NCBI GenBank assembly: GCA_003331305.1
Contig: QOQB01000008.1
Coordinates: forward strand, 4,305 to 68,304
DNA length: 64,000 bases
Origin: Flavobacteriales bacterium
GTDB lineage: Bacteria > Bacteroidota > Bacteroidia > Flavobacteriales > Flavobacteriaceae
Reading direction: 5' to 3'
Shown here: positions 30,740 through 39,215 of the stretch, in pieces
Layout: each line of letters starts with the position of its first letter
Numbering within the stretch: position 1 is the first letter of the stretch
Made by a program: the position numbers and the translations under genes
The notes under the pieces: model-generated
What the model was told of the DNA's origin: nothing
The model's database searches: none
What the model saw: only the letters and a program-made list of their open reading frames with translations

Positions 30740-31429
30740 ATGCGACTTGTTTTTTTACTATTATTAACATCTACTCTCACTTTCGCACAAGCGATTCGCT
30801 TGGGTCAATTTGACGAAATTAAAGTATTCGATGGGATACGGGTTACCGTCATACCCTCTCAAGCAGACTCATTAGTTATAGAAGGAAAAAATAAAGATTT
30901 TGTCTCATATAAAAATAAAAACGGAAGGCTTTACATTCGCATGAATGTAAAAAAACGACTAAGTGGCTTTAACACTACCGTTGCTCTTTTTAGTTCAACC
31001 CCATTAGAAGTGATAGACGTTAATGAAGGAGCCTTTGTTTCTTTTCAAGATGTGCTATTTCAACAAAGCATTGTTTTTAAGGCACAAGAGGGAGCAGAAA
31101 TTGATGCTATTTTGGATGTTCAGAAAGTCACAACAAAAACCGTTTCGGGTGGAATAGTAAATTTAAAGGGCGCGGCAGTTACTCAAGAGCACCGCGTAAG
31201 CGCAGGCGGCGTTGTTGATGCGGCAACTCTGGACTCACAACAAGTGCAGGTTAGCGTTAAAGCAGGCGGAACCGCAGCTGTTAGCGCCACCGAACTCGCC
31301 GACGCAAGGGTATCCTTTGGCGGGTCCGTCAAGGTGTATGGCGAACCAAAAAAACTCATACAAAAAACAGCAGTTGGTGGAAACATTGCCCTTGTTGACC
31401 CAACAGAGCAAACACCTACTAATGAATGA
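30740..31429 (+). CDS. Secreted head-GIN / DUF2807-like beta-helix protein
   Basis: 229 aa. Signal peptide MRLVFLLLLTSTLTFAQ and repeated (V/A)S(G/A)GG...V segments typical of DUF2807. Confidence 0.65.
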   Translation: MRLVFLLLLTSTLTFAQAIRLGQFDEIKVFDGIRVTVIPSQADSLVIEGKNKDFVSYKNKNGRLYIRMNVKKRLSGFNTTVALFSSTPLEVIDVNEGAFVSFQDVLFQQSIVFKAQEGAEIDAILDVQKVTTKTVSGGIVNLKGAAVTQEHRVSAGGVVDAATLDSQQVQVSVKAGGTAAVSATELADARVSFGGSVKVYGEPKKLIQKTAVGGNIALVDPTEQTPTNE

Positions 31430-32093
31430 ATTTTTAGCCGCAATACCTTTTTCGTTATTGCTGGTTGTTTCTACAGGCCCCGTTTTTTTTGTTATCATTG
31501 AGACAAGCATTTCCAAAGGTGTGCGACGAGCGTTTTGTGTTGATATTGGTGCAGTTATCGCCGATATTGTTTTTATTCTAATAGCGCTATTTGGAGCAAA
31601 CACCATTCATCAAAACCTAGAAAGTAATCCACGTTGGTTTTTATTGGGCGGCGTCATGCTTATCGGGTTTGGGTTGATTTCTTTTATACGGGCGCACAAA
31701 AATAAAAAGCAAGTTGTTTATTCTGCGAAACAAACGAACAAAGGCAATCTTCTTTTTTATATAGGCAAAGGGTTTTTGCTTAATATTATTAATATGGGGA
31801 CCTTGCTCTTTTGGTTGGGTTTGGTGGTGTTTCTTAGCACGAAATACCAAATGAACTACACCAAGATTATACCATTCTTGTCGTATATTTTAGTAGTGTA
31901 TTTGTCCTTCGATTTAATAAAAATTTTCTTAGCTAAGCAACTTAAAGCCAAACTTACCCCACAAGTAATTTATAAGCTTAAGCAGTTTGTACACCTGATT
32001 CTAATGATTTTTGGGTTGTTTTTTGTTTTTCAGGGAACCTTCCCAGATGAAAAGCAAAAACTGGAAGCAACACTACAAGAGCGTTTAAAATAG
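31422..32093 (+). CDS. LysE/RhtB-family amino-acid exporter
   Basis: 223 aa from ATG 31422 (MNEFLAAIPFSLLLVVSTGPVFF...), about six TM helices. The upstream part of ORF 31212-32093 overlaps the preceding gene and looks non-coding. Confidence 0.75.
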   Translation: MNEFLAAIPFSLLLVVSTGPVFFVIIETSISKGVRRAFCVDIGAVIADIVFILIALFGANTIHQNLESNPRWFLLGGVMLIGFGLISFIRAHKNKKQVVYSAKQTNKGNLLFYIGKGFLLNIINMGTLLFWLGLVVFLSTKYQMNYTKIIPFLSYILVVYLSFDLIKIFLAKQLKAKLTPQVIYKLKQFVHLILMIFGLFFVFQGTFPDEKQKLEATLQERLK

Positions 32094-32164
32094 AGGCACC
32101 GAGCGGATTCGAACCGCTGTACAAGCTTTTGCAGAGCTCTGCCTAGCCACTCGGCCACGGTGCC
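32094..32164 (-). tRNA. tRNA-Cys (anticodon GCA)
   Basis: Hand-folded cloverleaf. Acceptor GGCACCG/CGGTGCC, anticodon stem GAGCT/AGCTT with loop CTGCAAA, T-arm AGCGG-TTCGAAT-CCGCT, discriminator T. No encoded CCA. Confidence 0.9.
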
Positions 32165-32174
32165 TTTAGCGAGG

Positions 32175-32182
32175 CAAAAGTA
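32175..32182 (-). promoter_or_regulatory. -7 promoter box TACTTTTG (tRNA-Cys)
   Basis: TAnnTTTG on the minus strand, ending 11 nt upstream of the mature tRNA 5' end. Confidence 0.45.
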
Positions 32183-32456
32183 GGATTTTTTTACGGCACC
32201 CAAACATATCGATTAAAGAAATGACCACTACTTTTGATTAAGCAATAGACCCAAACTTATTTTATAATCGAACACTTAGCAGCCACACAAAGGGCAACAA
32301 GAACACGTTTTATCATTTTTGGGACTTAATAATCGTTAAATAAACGTGTTTATACACGGATTCATAAAAATGATGTCAATATTATTTAACCTAACTATAG
32401 CGACAATACCAATGTATAAAATAGTTTTAATTGAATTAATAAATAAATAATTACAC

Positions 32457-32876
32457 ATGAAAACTTCCCTTACTATCTCTAGAATCATTATGATTTCATA
32501 CCTACTTGTTTCTGTGGCGTCTTGCACTAACACAAACAAACCTGACCACCAGCGCAAAACTAAAAAAACCAAAACAGATAAATCTAACCACGTTGTTTTA
32601 ATAAATCCATTCGAAGTGCCAGAAGGCAAACTGGAAGAGGCTATTAGCTACTGGGAGGCCTGTAGAGACTTTCTTAAAGAACAACCAGGATACGTTTCTA
32701 CTAAACTGCACAAATCAATCAAAGATGGAGCAAAGTTTGAGTTAATAAACGTTGCTGTCTGGGAAAACCCAAAAGCATTTTCTGAAGCAGCTCAAAAGAT
32801 GGTACAAGAGCTTGGTGTTGCGCCTGTTGAAGGTTTAAAACCAACCCCATCCCTTTATACAATTGTGAGACAGTAA
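32457..32876 (+). CDS. Lipoprotein with antibiotic-biosynthesis-monooxygenase (ABM) domain
   Basis: 139 aa. Lipobox LLVSVASC and a ferredoxin-like ABM region (NPFEVPEG...VSTKLHKSI...FELINVAVWENPKAF). Confidence 0.65.
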   Translation: MKTSLTISRIIMISYLLVSVASCTNTNKPDHQRKTKKTKTDKSNHVVLINPFEVPEGKLEEAISYWEACRDFLKEQPGYVSTKLHKSIKDGAKFELINVAVWENPKAFSEAAQKMVQELGVAPVEGLKPTPSLYTIVRQ

Positions 32877-33036
32877 ACAGCAAGAAGACCTCGCCCTTAG
32901 CCGAAACTTCATCTGGAAGGCCTTGCGATTCTATGTATGCAATTTCAGTTTAAAATAATCTAAGAAACAGCTTATTTAGGTTGTTCCCCCTTACCGCTGG
33001 CGCGCGTCTTTGCAGCGAGCCACGTTTTAAGACTCC

Positions 33037-33393
33037 CTACCTTCCCTGCTCCAATTCAACCGCTACACTTGCGACATGCCCACCAATAGGCGGGTTTATC
33101 TTTGCCACTTTAATATTGGCTAAGTTCACTTGTGCGTTGGCTTCAAATATGCGATTTAAAATACGTTGCGCTACATGCTCCAATAGCTTTGAGGGCGTTG
33201 CCATTTCTTCACGGACACAAGCGCAAAGCGTTACATAATCAATAGTGTCTGCGAGTTGGTCCGAAACGGCAGAAACGGACAAATCGCCTTCTACCCACAC
33301 ATCCACACGATAGTCGCTTCCAATCAACGTTTCTTCAGGCAAACAACCGTGGTAGGCATAGACCTGAATGTTTTCTACATATACTTTTCCCAT
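33037..33393 (-). CDS. folB: Dihydroneopterin aldolase
   Basis: 118 aa. Motifs VYAYHGCLPEE and DYRVDV, with the DHNA fold size. Confidence 0.85.
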   Translation of the reverse strand: MGKVYVENIQVYAYHGCLPEETLIGSDYRVDVWVEGDLSVSAVSDQLADTIDYVTLCACVREEMATPSKLLEHVAQRILNRIFEANAQVNLANIKVAKINPPIGGHVASVAVELEQGR

Positions 33394-33400
33394 AGTCTGC

Positions 33401-33408
33401 CAAATATA
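33401..33408 (-). promoter_or_regulatory. -7 promoter box TATATTTG (folB)
   Basis: TAnnTTTG on the minus strand, 8 nt upstream of the folB ATG. Confidence 0.4.
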
Positions 33409-33440
33409 GAAACTAAAACGAGTAAGTATGCCTAAATAAT

Positions 33441-33448
33441 TACCTTTG
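33441..33448 (+). promoter_or_regulatory. -7 promoter box TACCTTTG (glnS)
   Basis: TAnnTTTG 18 nt upstream of ATG 33466. Confidence 0.45.
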
Positions 33449-33465
33449 CACGAAACATTTTCAAG

Positions 33466-35469
33466 ATGAGCGAAAAGCCATCAAAGCACTTTATTGAACA
33501 CATCATTGACGATGACCTAACCGCAGGGTTTGAACCAACAGCCTTACGTTTTCGTTTTCCCCCTGAGCCAAATGGGTATTTGCATATTGGCCACGTAAAG
33601 GCAATTTGTGTCAACTTTGAATTGGGTAACTCCTACAATGCACCAGTAAACCTTCGCTTTGATGACACCAACCCCGCCAAAGAAGAACAACACTTTGTAG
33701 ATGCCATCAAAAAGGATGTGTCATGGTTGGGTTATTCGTGGGACAAGGAGTGTTACGCATCTGATTATTTTGATCAACTGTATGCTTGGGCGGTTCAACT
33801 TATACAACAAGGAAAAGCCTATGTAGACGGACAGTCTGCCGAACAAATGGCAATTCAAAAAGGCACGCCAACCGCACCAGGAACTGCAAGCCCTTTTCGT
33901 GATCAAGCCCCCGATGAGGCCTTGCGCTTGTTTGAGGAAATGAAAAATGGCACACACCCCGAAGGCTCTTTCACGCTGCGTTTTAAGGGCGACATGGTAT
34001 CGCCCAACATGTTGCTCCGTGACCCTGTTATATACCGCATTATCAATAAAAATCATCACCGAACAGCTGACAAATGGTGTGTTTATCCCATGTACGACTG
34101 GGCACATGGGCAGTCGGATTATATTGAACACATTTCACATTCGTTGTGTACATTAGAGTTTAAACCACACCGTGACCTGTATGATGCGTTTCTAGATGAA
34201 TTAGTAGCCGAAGGAATACGACCCAAACAGCGAGAATTTGCACGGCTAAACTTAAACTATACCATTACCAGTAAACGAAAGTTACAGCGTTTGGTAGAGG
34301 AAAACGTCGTTTCGGGCTGGGACGACCCACGCATGCCAACCATTAGTGGGTTGCGTCGACGCGGATATACACCCGCATCGCTTCGTAAGTTTGCTGAAAC
34401 CGTTGGTGTTGCTAAACGAGAAAACGTCATCGACGCTTCGCTACTAGAGTTTTGTATTCGGGAAGATTTAAACAAAACAGCCACGCGCGCCATGGCGGTC
34501 TTAAACCCCATTAAGTTGGTTATCACCAATTACCCCGACGACAAAACAGAATCGCTTTCAACGGATAACAACCCTGAAGATCCAGCAGCCGGCACACGAG
34601 AGTTACTGTTTGGAAAGGTTCTTTATATCGAGCAAGAAGATTTCAAAGAAGAGGCTAATCGCAAGTTTTTCCGCCTAAAAATGGGTGGCGAAGTACGTCT
34701 AAAGAGCGCCTATATTATTAAGGCAGAATCGGTCGAAAAAGATGCATCAGGAAATGTTATCACTGTTTTTTGTACTTACGACCCTAAAAGCCTTAGTGGA
34801 AGTGGTACGCCTGAAAGCCAACGTAAAGTAAAGGCGACTATTCATTGGGTTTCTGCTGCACATGCTACAGAAATTGAAGTGCGCCAATACGATCGTTTAT
34901 TCAAAACTGCTTCTCCCGACAGCGACAAAGATGTGGATTTTATGACGCACATAAATCCAGACTCACTTTCTTTACAAACCGCCTTTGCAGAACCTATGTT
35001 GGCAGAAGCAAATGCCGAAGATCGTTTTCAGTTTCAGCGGCTGGGCTATTTTGTGTGTGACAAAGACAGTACCCCAACAAAAAAAGTCTTCAACAAAACA
35101 GTTGGATTACGCGATACTTGGGAAAAACAACAACAGCAACCCCAACAAGCAAAACCCCAACAACAGCAACTTAAGCCAATTGACGAGCTTAGACGCCTAG
35201 GCAAGAAATTTTCGAATCTATCTGCTGAAAAGCAATTAGCGGCTAGCGCCCAAGTAGAGGCCCTAGCGACTCAAATTTCTTATGCGGAATTAGAACCCCT
35301 TTTTAACACGGCCGCCAAAAAAGTGGGGACACGCGCGGTGGTTCTTCTTGTGTTAAAAGAACAACTTAAAACCAGCTCAGCTACGCCAGAAGCAACAGCA
35401 TTTATAGCAAAAGCACAGCAAGACAAAAACGAATTATTAGTTAAACTTTCACATGACATTAAAGCATAA
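33466..35469 (+). CDS. glnS: Glutamine--tRNA ligase with a 113-aa C-terminal extension
   Basis: 667 aa. HIGH motif PEPNGYLHIGH and KMSKS-like ITSKRKL. The 554-aa core ends ...NKTVGLRDTWEK, as the E. coli enzyme does, followed by a Gln-rich linker and a helical tail. Confidence 0.9.
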   Translation: MSEKPSKHFIEHIIDDDLTAGFEPTALRFRFPPEPNGYLHIGHVKAICVNFELGNSYNAPVNLRFDDTNPAKEEQHFVDAIKKDVSWLGYSWDKECYASDYFDQLYAWAVQLIQQGKAYVDGQSAEQMAIQKGTPTAPGTASPFRDQAPDEALRLFEEMKNGTHPEGSFTLRFKGDMVSPNMLLRDPVIYRIINKNHHRTADKWCVYPMYDWAHGQSDYIEHISHSLCTLEFKPHRDLYDAFLDELVAEGIRPKQREFARLNLNYTITSKRKLQRLVEENVVSGWDDPRMPTISGLRRRGYTPASLRKFAETVGVAKRENVIDASLLEFCIREDLNKTATRAMAVLNPIKLVITNYPDDKTESLSTDNNPEDPAAGTRELLFGKVLYIEQEDFKEEANRKFFRLKMGGEVRLKSAYIIKAESVEKDASGNVITVFCTYDPKSLSGSGTPESQRKVKATIHWVSAAHATEIEVRQYDRLFKTASPDSDKDVDFMTHINPDSLSLQTAFAEPMLAEANAEDRFQFQRLGYFVCDKDSTPTKKVFNKTVGLRDTWEKQQQQPQQAKPQQQQLKPIDELRRLGKKFSNLSAEKQLAASAQVEALATQISYAELEPLFNTAAKKVGTRAVVLLVLKEQLKTSSATPEATAFIAKAQQDKNELLVKLSHDIKA

Positions 35470-36061
35470 CGTTCTTTTTTTATTTTTAATTTTTTCCACC
35501 CTCACAGTAGCACAAAATGATATTGGTTCGTGGCTGATTTATAAAAACAAATTAAAGCTGAACAGTAAAACGAGCATAGACACACAATACCAGCATAGAA
35601 GCTTCACGCTAGATTTTGAGGAAGATCAAGCGCTTATCACAGCAGGTATGAGTCACGCGCTATTGGAAAACCTAACGGTTTCTGCAGGATATCGAAAAAT
35701 AGGCGCGCTTTCTGAAAACGGAATGTATCAAAAGATTGCCTTTTCTACCCAACGTAATAAAGTAAAACTTGTGAACTCGTTTTTTTTAGAAGAGCGTTGG
35801 ATAGGTGACAATTTCCAATTGCGTTACCGTTTTGGATTAACAGCAAAGATTCCAGTTAATGCCAAAACATCTCTTAGTTTAACGGAAGAGGTGTTTTTAC
35901 AAAACTCAACACCCAATTTTAACCAGAACCGCATAACGGTCCAAGTGTCTCATAAACTCTCAGAAGTGCTACAGCTTAATTCTGGCATGATGCACTGGCA
36001 GTTTCCAAACGTAAAAAGATGGGTGCTTTTGCTTTCACTCTCACATACGATTAGCATATAA
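35453..36061 (+). CDS. Putative outer-membrane beta-barrel protein (DUF2490-like)
   Basis: 202 aa. Signal peptide ...FSTLTVAQ and an alternating beta-strand pattern ending in an aromatic-rich C-terminus. Family assignment is tentative. Confidence 0.55.
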   Translation: MTLKHNVLFLFLIFSTLTVAQNDIGSWLIYKNKLKLNSKTSIDTQYQHRSFTLDFEEDQALITAGMSHALLENLTVSAGYRKIGALSENGMYQKIAFSTQRNKVKLVNSFFLEERWIGDNFQLRYRFGLTAKIPVNAKTSLSLTEEVFLQNSTPNFNQNRITVQVSHKLSEVLQLNSGMMHWQFPNVKRWVLLLSLSHTISI

Positions 36062-36094
36062 AGAAAGGCGGTATAAAAAGTATGAAAATATGTC

Positions 36095-36115
36095 ATTCTG
36101 AATTTACTTCAGAAT
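36095..36115. terminator. Possible AT-rich hairpin terminator between convergent genes
   Basis: Stem ATTCTGAA/TTCAGAAT (36095-36102 / 36108-36115) with loop TTTAC. No strong U-tract. Confidence 0.3.
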
Positions 36116-36216
36116 CTTTAAAGATTGATTATCAACACATTGATAAGGTCAGAAACGAGTTCTGATTGATTAAATGTAGCTTTTTTAGACAGACTCTTTA
36201 CAACAGAAACGCTTAA

Positions 36217-37152
36217 TTACGCTACGCCTTTATCTTTATTTTCTTTTCCTCTTTTCATTGCCTCACCGATTTGATTACTCGCAGTAAATGATGCGACCAT
36301 ATTGTTAAGCATATCTGATCCCGCTTGTGGTGTGTTAGGCAAAAGGATAAGGTTAGAATTTGTTTCTTCTCCTATTGACTGCAGGGTGTCGTAATGTTGG
36401 GTTACTACAATTAGCGCGGATGCCTCTTGCGAGTTGATACCGACTTTATTTAACACTTCAACAGACTCTTCTAGTCCACGTGCTATTTCACGTCGTTGAT
36501 CGGCAATACCTTGCCCTTGCAGACGTTTAGACTCTGCCTCTGCTTTTGCTTTTTCAACAATCAAAATACGCGCAGCATCTCCTTCATATTGAGCAGCAAT
36601 TTTTTCTCTTTCAGATGCATTGATTCGGTTCATGGCTTGCTTCACTTGTTCGTCTGGATCGATATCGGTCACAAGTGTTTTAATGATATCATAACCATAA
36701 TTTATCATGGCGTCATTAAGTTCTGATTTAACAGCAATAGCGATATCATCTTTCCGTTCAAAAACATCATCAAGACGCATTTTAGGAACTTCGGCGCGTA
36801 CTACATCAAACACATAGGAGGTGATTTGATCGTGTGGGTAATCAAGCTTGTAGAACGCCTCATACACCTTGTTTTTTATAACCATATATTGAACCGAAAC
36901 TTTTAGTTTAACAAAAACGTCGTCTTTGGTTTTTGTTTCCACGATTACATCAAGCTGTTGTATTTTAAGGCTTAACCGGCCAGCAATCCGATCCACAATA
37001 GGAATTCTGAGTTGAAGTCCAGACTGCCGAATACTTTGAAAACGACCAAAACGCTCTACAACGGCAGCCGTTTGTTGTTTGACAATAAAAACAGCAGAAA
37101 ACACAAAAACAACGGCAATAAAGCCAACGAGTATATTAAAAACAAAATCCAT
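36217..37152 (-). CDS. SPFH/band-7 (stomatin-prohibitin-like) membrane protein
   Basis: 311 aa. N-terminal TM helix, SPFH core (...VVERFGRF...LQLRIPIVD...) and a coiled-coil AEAE-rich segment. Confidence 0.85.
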   Translation of the reverse strand: MDFVFNILVGFIAVVFVFSAVFIVKQQTAAVVERFGRFQSIRQSGLQLRIPIVDRIAGRLSLKIQQLDVIVETKTKDDVFVKLKVSVQYMVIKNKVYEAFYKLDYPHDQITSYVFDVVRAEVPKMRLDDVFERKDDIAIAVKSELNDAMINYGYDIIKTLVTDIDPDEQVKQAMNRINASEREKIAAQYEGDAARILIVEKAKAEAESKRLQGQGIADQRREIARGLEESVEVLNKVGINSQEASALIVVTQHYDTLQSIGEETNSNLILLPNTPQAGSDMLNNMVASFTASNQIGEAMKRGKENKDKGVA

Positions 37153-37188
37153 AATAATTAATTTAGAAAGAACCCTAAATATAGTGAT

Positions 37189-38697
37189 TTAGACGGAAAG
37201 GTTTTTTATCGCAGTGTTAATTCTTGAGATGCTATTCTGGACTCCAATAGTGCTACAAATTTCGAAAACATCGGGGCCGCGTAAACTCCCCACCAGCGCA
37301 ATACGCAGTGGCGCCATGATTTTTCCTAAGCCTATGCCGTTATCATTCGCATAGCTTTTTATTAAGACACCTAATGTGTCAGCAGTTGTCTCATCTGCAC
37401 TATCTATTAGTTCTGCAACAGAAGACAAAATTTTTGCTGTATCGTCTTTCCATTGTTTGCGCACCGCCTTTTCATCATAGTCTTTTGGCGCAATAAAAAA
37501 GAAGTTAGCTTCTTGCCACACATCCGTCAAAAGGGTTAGTCTGTTTTGAATGAGCTTGGCAACGCGTGTTAGATCTACATCACTTTTTTCCACCCCATTG
37601 GTTTTTACTTCTTTTTCTAATACAGCTACTAGGAGTGATGAATCCACCTGTTGTAAATACTGTTGATTGAACCATTTACAGCGCTCTGGGTCAAATCGCC
37701 CACCAGACTTTGTAATAGCTTCCAACGAAAACATGTTTGTAAGCTCACTCAATGAAAACAATTCCTTTTCTCCTCCCGGACTCCACCCTAACAACGCGAT
37801 ATAATTAGTCAACGCTTGAGGTAAATAGCCACTTTCTCTAAATCCAGGCGTGTTGCTGTCCCACGTTAGTGGAAATACAGGGAAGCCAAATTTAGAACCA
37901 TCACGTTTCGATAATTTTCCCTCACCAGTAGGTTTTAGGATAAGCGGAACATGAGCAAAGACAGGCGAATCCCAACCAAACGCTTTGTACAATAACACGT
38001 GAAGTGCCATAGACGGTAACCATTCTTCTCCGCGGATTACGTGGCTTATTCCCATCAAATGGTCATCTATAACATTTGCTAAATGATAAGTGGGCATGCC
38101 GTCTTGTTTAACTAATATTTTATCATCTAATAGCGACGTATTTATGTCAACATTTCCCCGGATGACATCATTTAGTTTTAATAGCTCTTTGCTTCCTTTT
38201 GAAAATGCTTTAAAGCGGATAACATATGGCGTGCTTGTTTTCAACAACGCAGACGTTTCCTCTTCGGACAAAGAAAGACTGTTTTTAAGGCTTTCCCTGT
38301 TCTGCCAATTATATATAAAGGTTTCGCCATTTGCCTCGGCAGCACTTCTGAGAGAAGCCAATTCATCTGGAGAATCAAAAGCTAAATACGCTTTTCCTGA
38401 CTGAACAAGCTTGTTTATGTTACTGATATACAACGATTTACGATCGCTCTGCCGATAGGGCCCGTAATTTCCTTCATTCCTCGGACTCTCGTCAGGAGAA
38501 ATGTTCAGCCAAGCTAATGCGTTTTGAATATAGGCTTCTGCACCATCTACATATCGATTTTGGTCGGTGTCTTCTATTCGTAAAACAAACGTTCCGCCAA
38601 GTTTTTTCGCAAACAAATAATTGTATAATGCCGTGCGTACCCCACCAATATGAAGCGGACCTGTGGGACTGGGCGCAAAACGAACTCTGACAGCCAT
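37189..38697 (-). CDS. gltX: Glutamate--tRNA ligase
   Basis: HIGH motif PSPTGPLHIGG and KMSKS motif KLSKRDG. ATG 38697 (MAVRVRFAPSPTG) is preferred; the longer ORF to 38727 runs through the -7 box. Confidence 0.92.
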   Translation of the reverse strand: MAVRVRFAPSPTGPLHIGGVRTALYNYLFAKKLGGTFVLRIEDTDQNRYVDGAEAYIQNALAWLNISPDESPRNEGNYGPYRQSDRKSLYISNINKLVQSGKAYLAFDSPDELASLRSAAEANGETFIYNWQNRESLKNSLSLSEEETSALLKTSTPYVIRFKAFSKGSKELLKLNDVIRGNVDINTSLLDDKILVKQDGMPTYHLANVIDDHLMGISHVIRGEEWLPSMALHVLLYKAFGWDSPVFAHVPLILKPTGEGKLSKRDGSKFGFPVFPLTWDSNTPGFRESGYLPQALTNYIALLGWSPGGEKELFSLSELTNMFSLEAITKSGGRFDPERCKWFNQQYLQQVDSSLLVAVLEKEVKTNGVEKSDVDLTRVAKLIQNRLTLLTDVWQEANFFFIAPKDYDEKAVRKQWKDDTAKILSSVAELIDSADETTADTLGVLIKSYANDNGIGLGKIMAPLRIALVGSLRGPDVFEICSTIGVQNSISRINTAIKNLSV

Positions 38698-38710
38698 GCT
38701 TACTTTTTTC

Positions 38711-38718
38711 CAAATATA
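38711..38718 (-). promoter_or_regulatory. -7 promoter box TATATTTG (gltX)
   Basis: TAnnTTTG on the minus strand, 14 nt upstream of ATG 38697. Confidence 0.45.
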
Positions 38719-38753
38719 CAACTGCACGGACTTTTAATACAGGGTTAAATGAA

Positions 38754-38761
38754 TATATTTG
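38754..38761 (+). promoter_or_regulatory. -7 promoter box TATATTTG (ybeY-mnmG)
   Basis: TAnnTTTG 5 nt upstream of ATG 38766. Confidence 0.4.
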
Positions 38762-38765
38762 CGGC

Positions 38766-39215
38766 ATGCAAGGAGCTGTTGAATTCGTATATCAAACTTC
38801 TTTTTCCCTGTCCGACGAACCACTGTACGTACGTTGGCTCACGGCATGCGCTAAAAAGTTCAAGGCAACTTCTGTTGACATAGCCATTGCGTTTATGAAC
38901 GACGAATCTCTACACAAATTAAATGTTAAGCACCTAGACCATGATACATTAACAGACATCATTACATTTGATGATTCTATTGGCAAGGATGTTGTTGCAA
39001 ACATTGCCATATCTATCGAACGCGTCTTTGCAAACGCAGAGACCTTTTCACAAACAAATGAGGAAGAGTTGTGCCGTGTAATGGCTCACGGGCTACTTCA
39101 CTGCTTAGGGTACAATGACAAAAATGAAATTGACAAACACAACATGGAAGCAGCAGAAAACATATGTATGAAACTGTTCCACGTGGAACACAAAACCAAC
39201 AATCATGTTTCATGA
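38766..39215 (+). CDS. ybeY: rRNA maturation endoribonuclease YbeY
   Basis: 149 aa. Zinc-binding motif HGLLHCLGYND. Confidence 0.88.
   Translation: MQGAVEFVYQTSFSLSDEPLYVRWLTACAKKFKATSVDIAIAFMNDESLHKLNVKHLDHDTLTDIITFDDSIGKDVVANIAISIERVFANAETFSQTNEEELCRVMAHGLLHCLGYNDKNEIDKHNMEAAENICMKLFHVEHKTNNHVS
39175..39190. other. parS site (ParB-binding centromere-like sequence)
   Basis: TGTTCCACGTGGAACA, a perfect 16-bp palindrome matching consensus TGTTNCACGTGAAACA at 15/16 positions. Embedded in the ybeY 3' end. Confidence 0.75.

Noticed and set aside
31212-31421. N-terminal 70 codons of ORF 31212-32093, overlapping the DUF2807-like gene
   Set aside because: The sequence is not membrane-protein-like and lies out of frame within a well-supported gene. 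The LysE-family protein starts naturally at ATG 31422 with its first TM helix.
32094-32456. tRNA-Cys followed by about 290 bp of non-coding DNA, considered as a genomic-island integration site
   Set aside because: There is no integrase, no direct repeat of the tRNA 3' end that I could find, and no mobile genes nearby. The flanking genes are ordinary. The only structure is a weak 9-bp inverted repeat, AACACGTTT / AAACGTGTT.
36131-36165. Small inverted repeats ATCAA-CAC-ATTGAT and TCAGAA-ACGAG-TTCTGA between the convergent DUF2490-like and SPFH genes
   Set aside because: The stems are short (5-6 bp) and AT-rich with no U-tracts. They are probably weak terminator hairpins at best, too weak to call as features.
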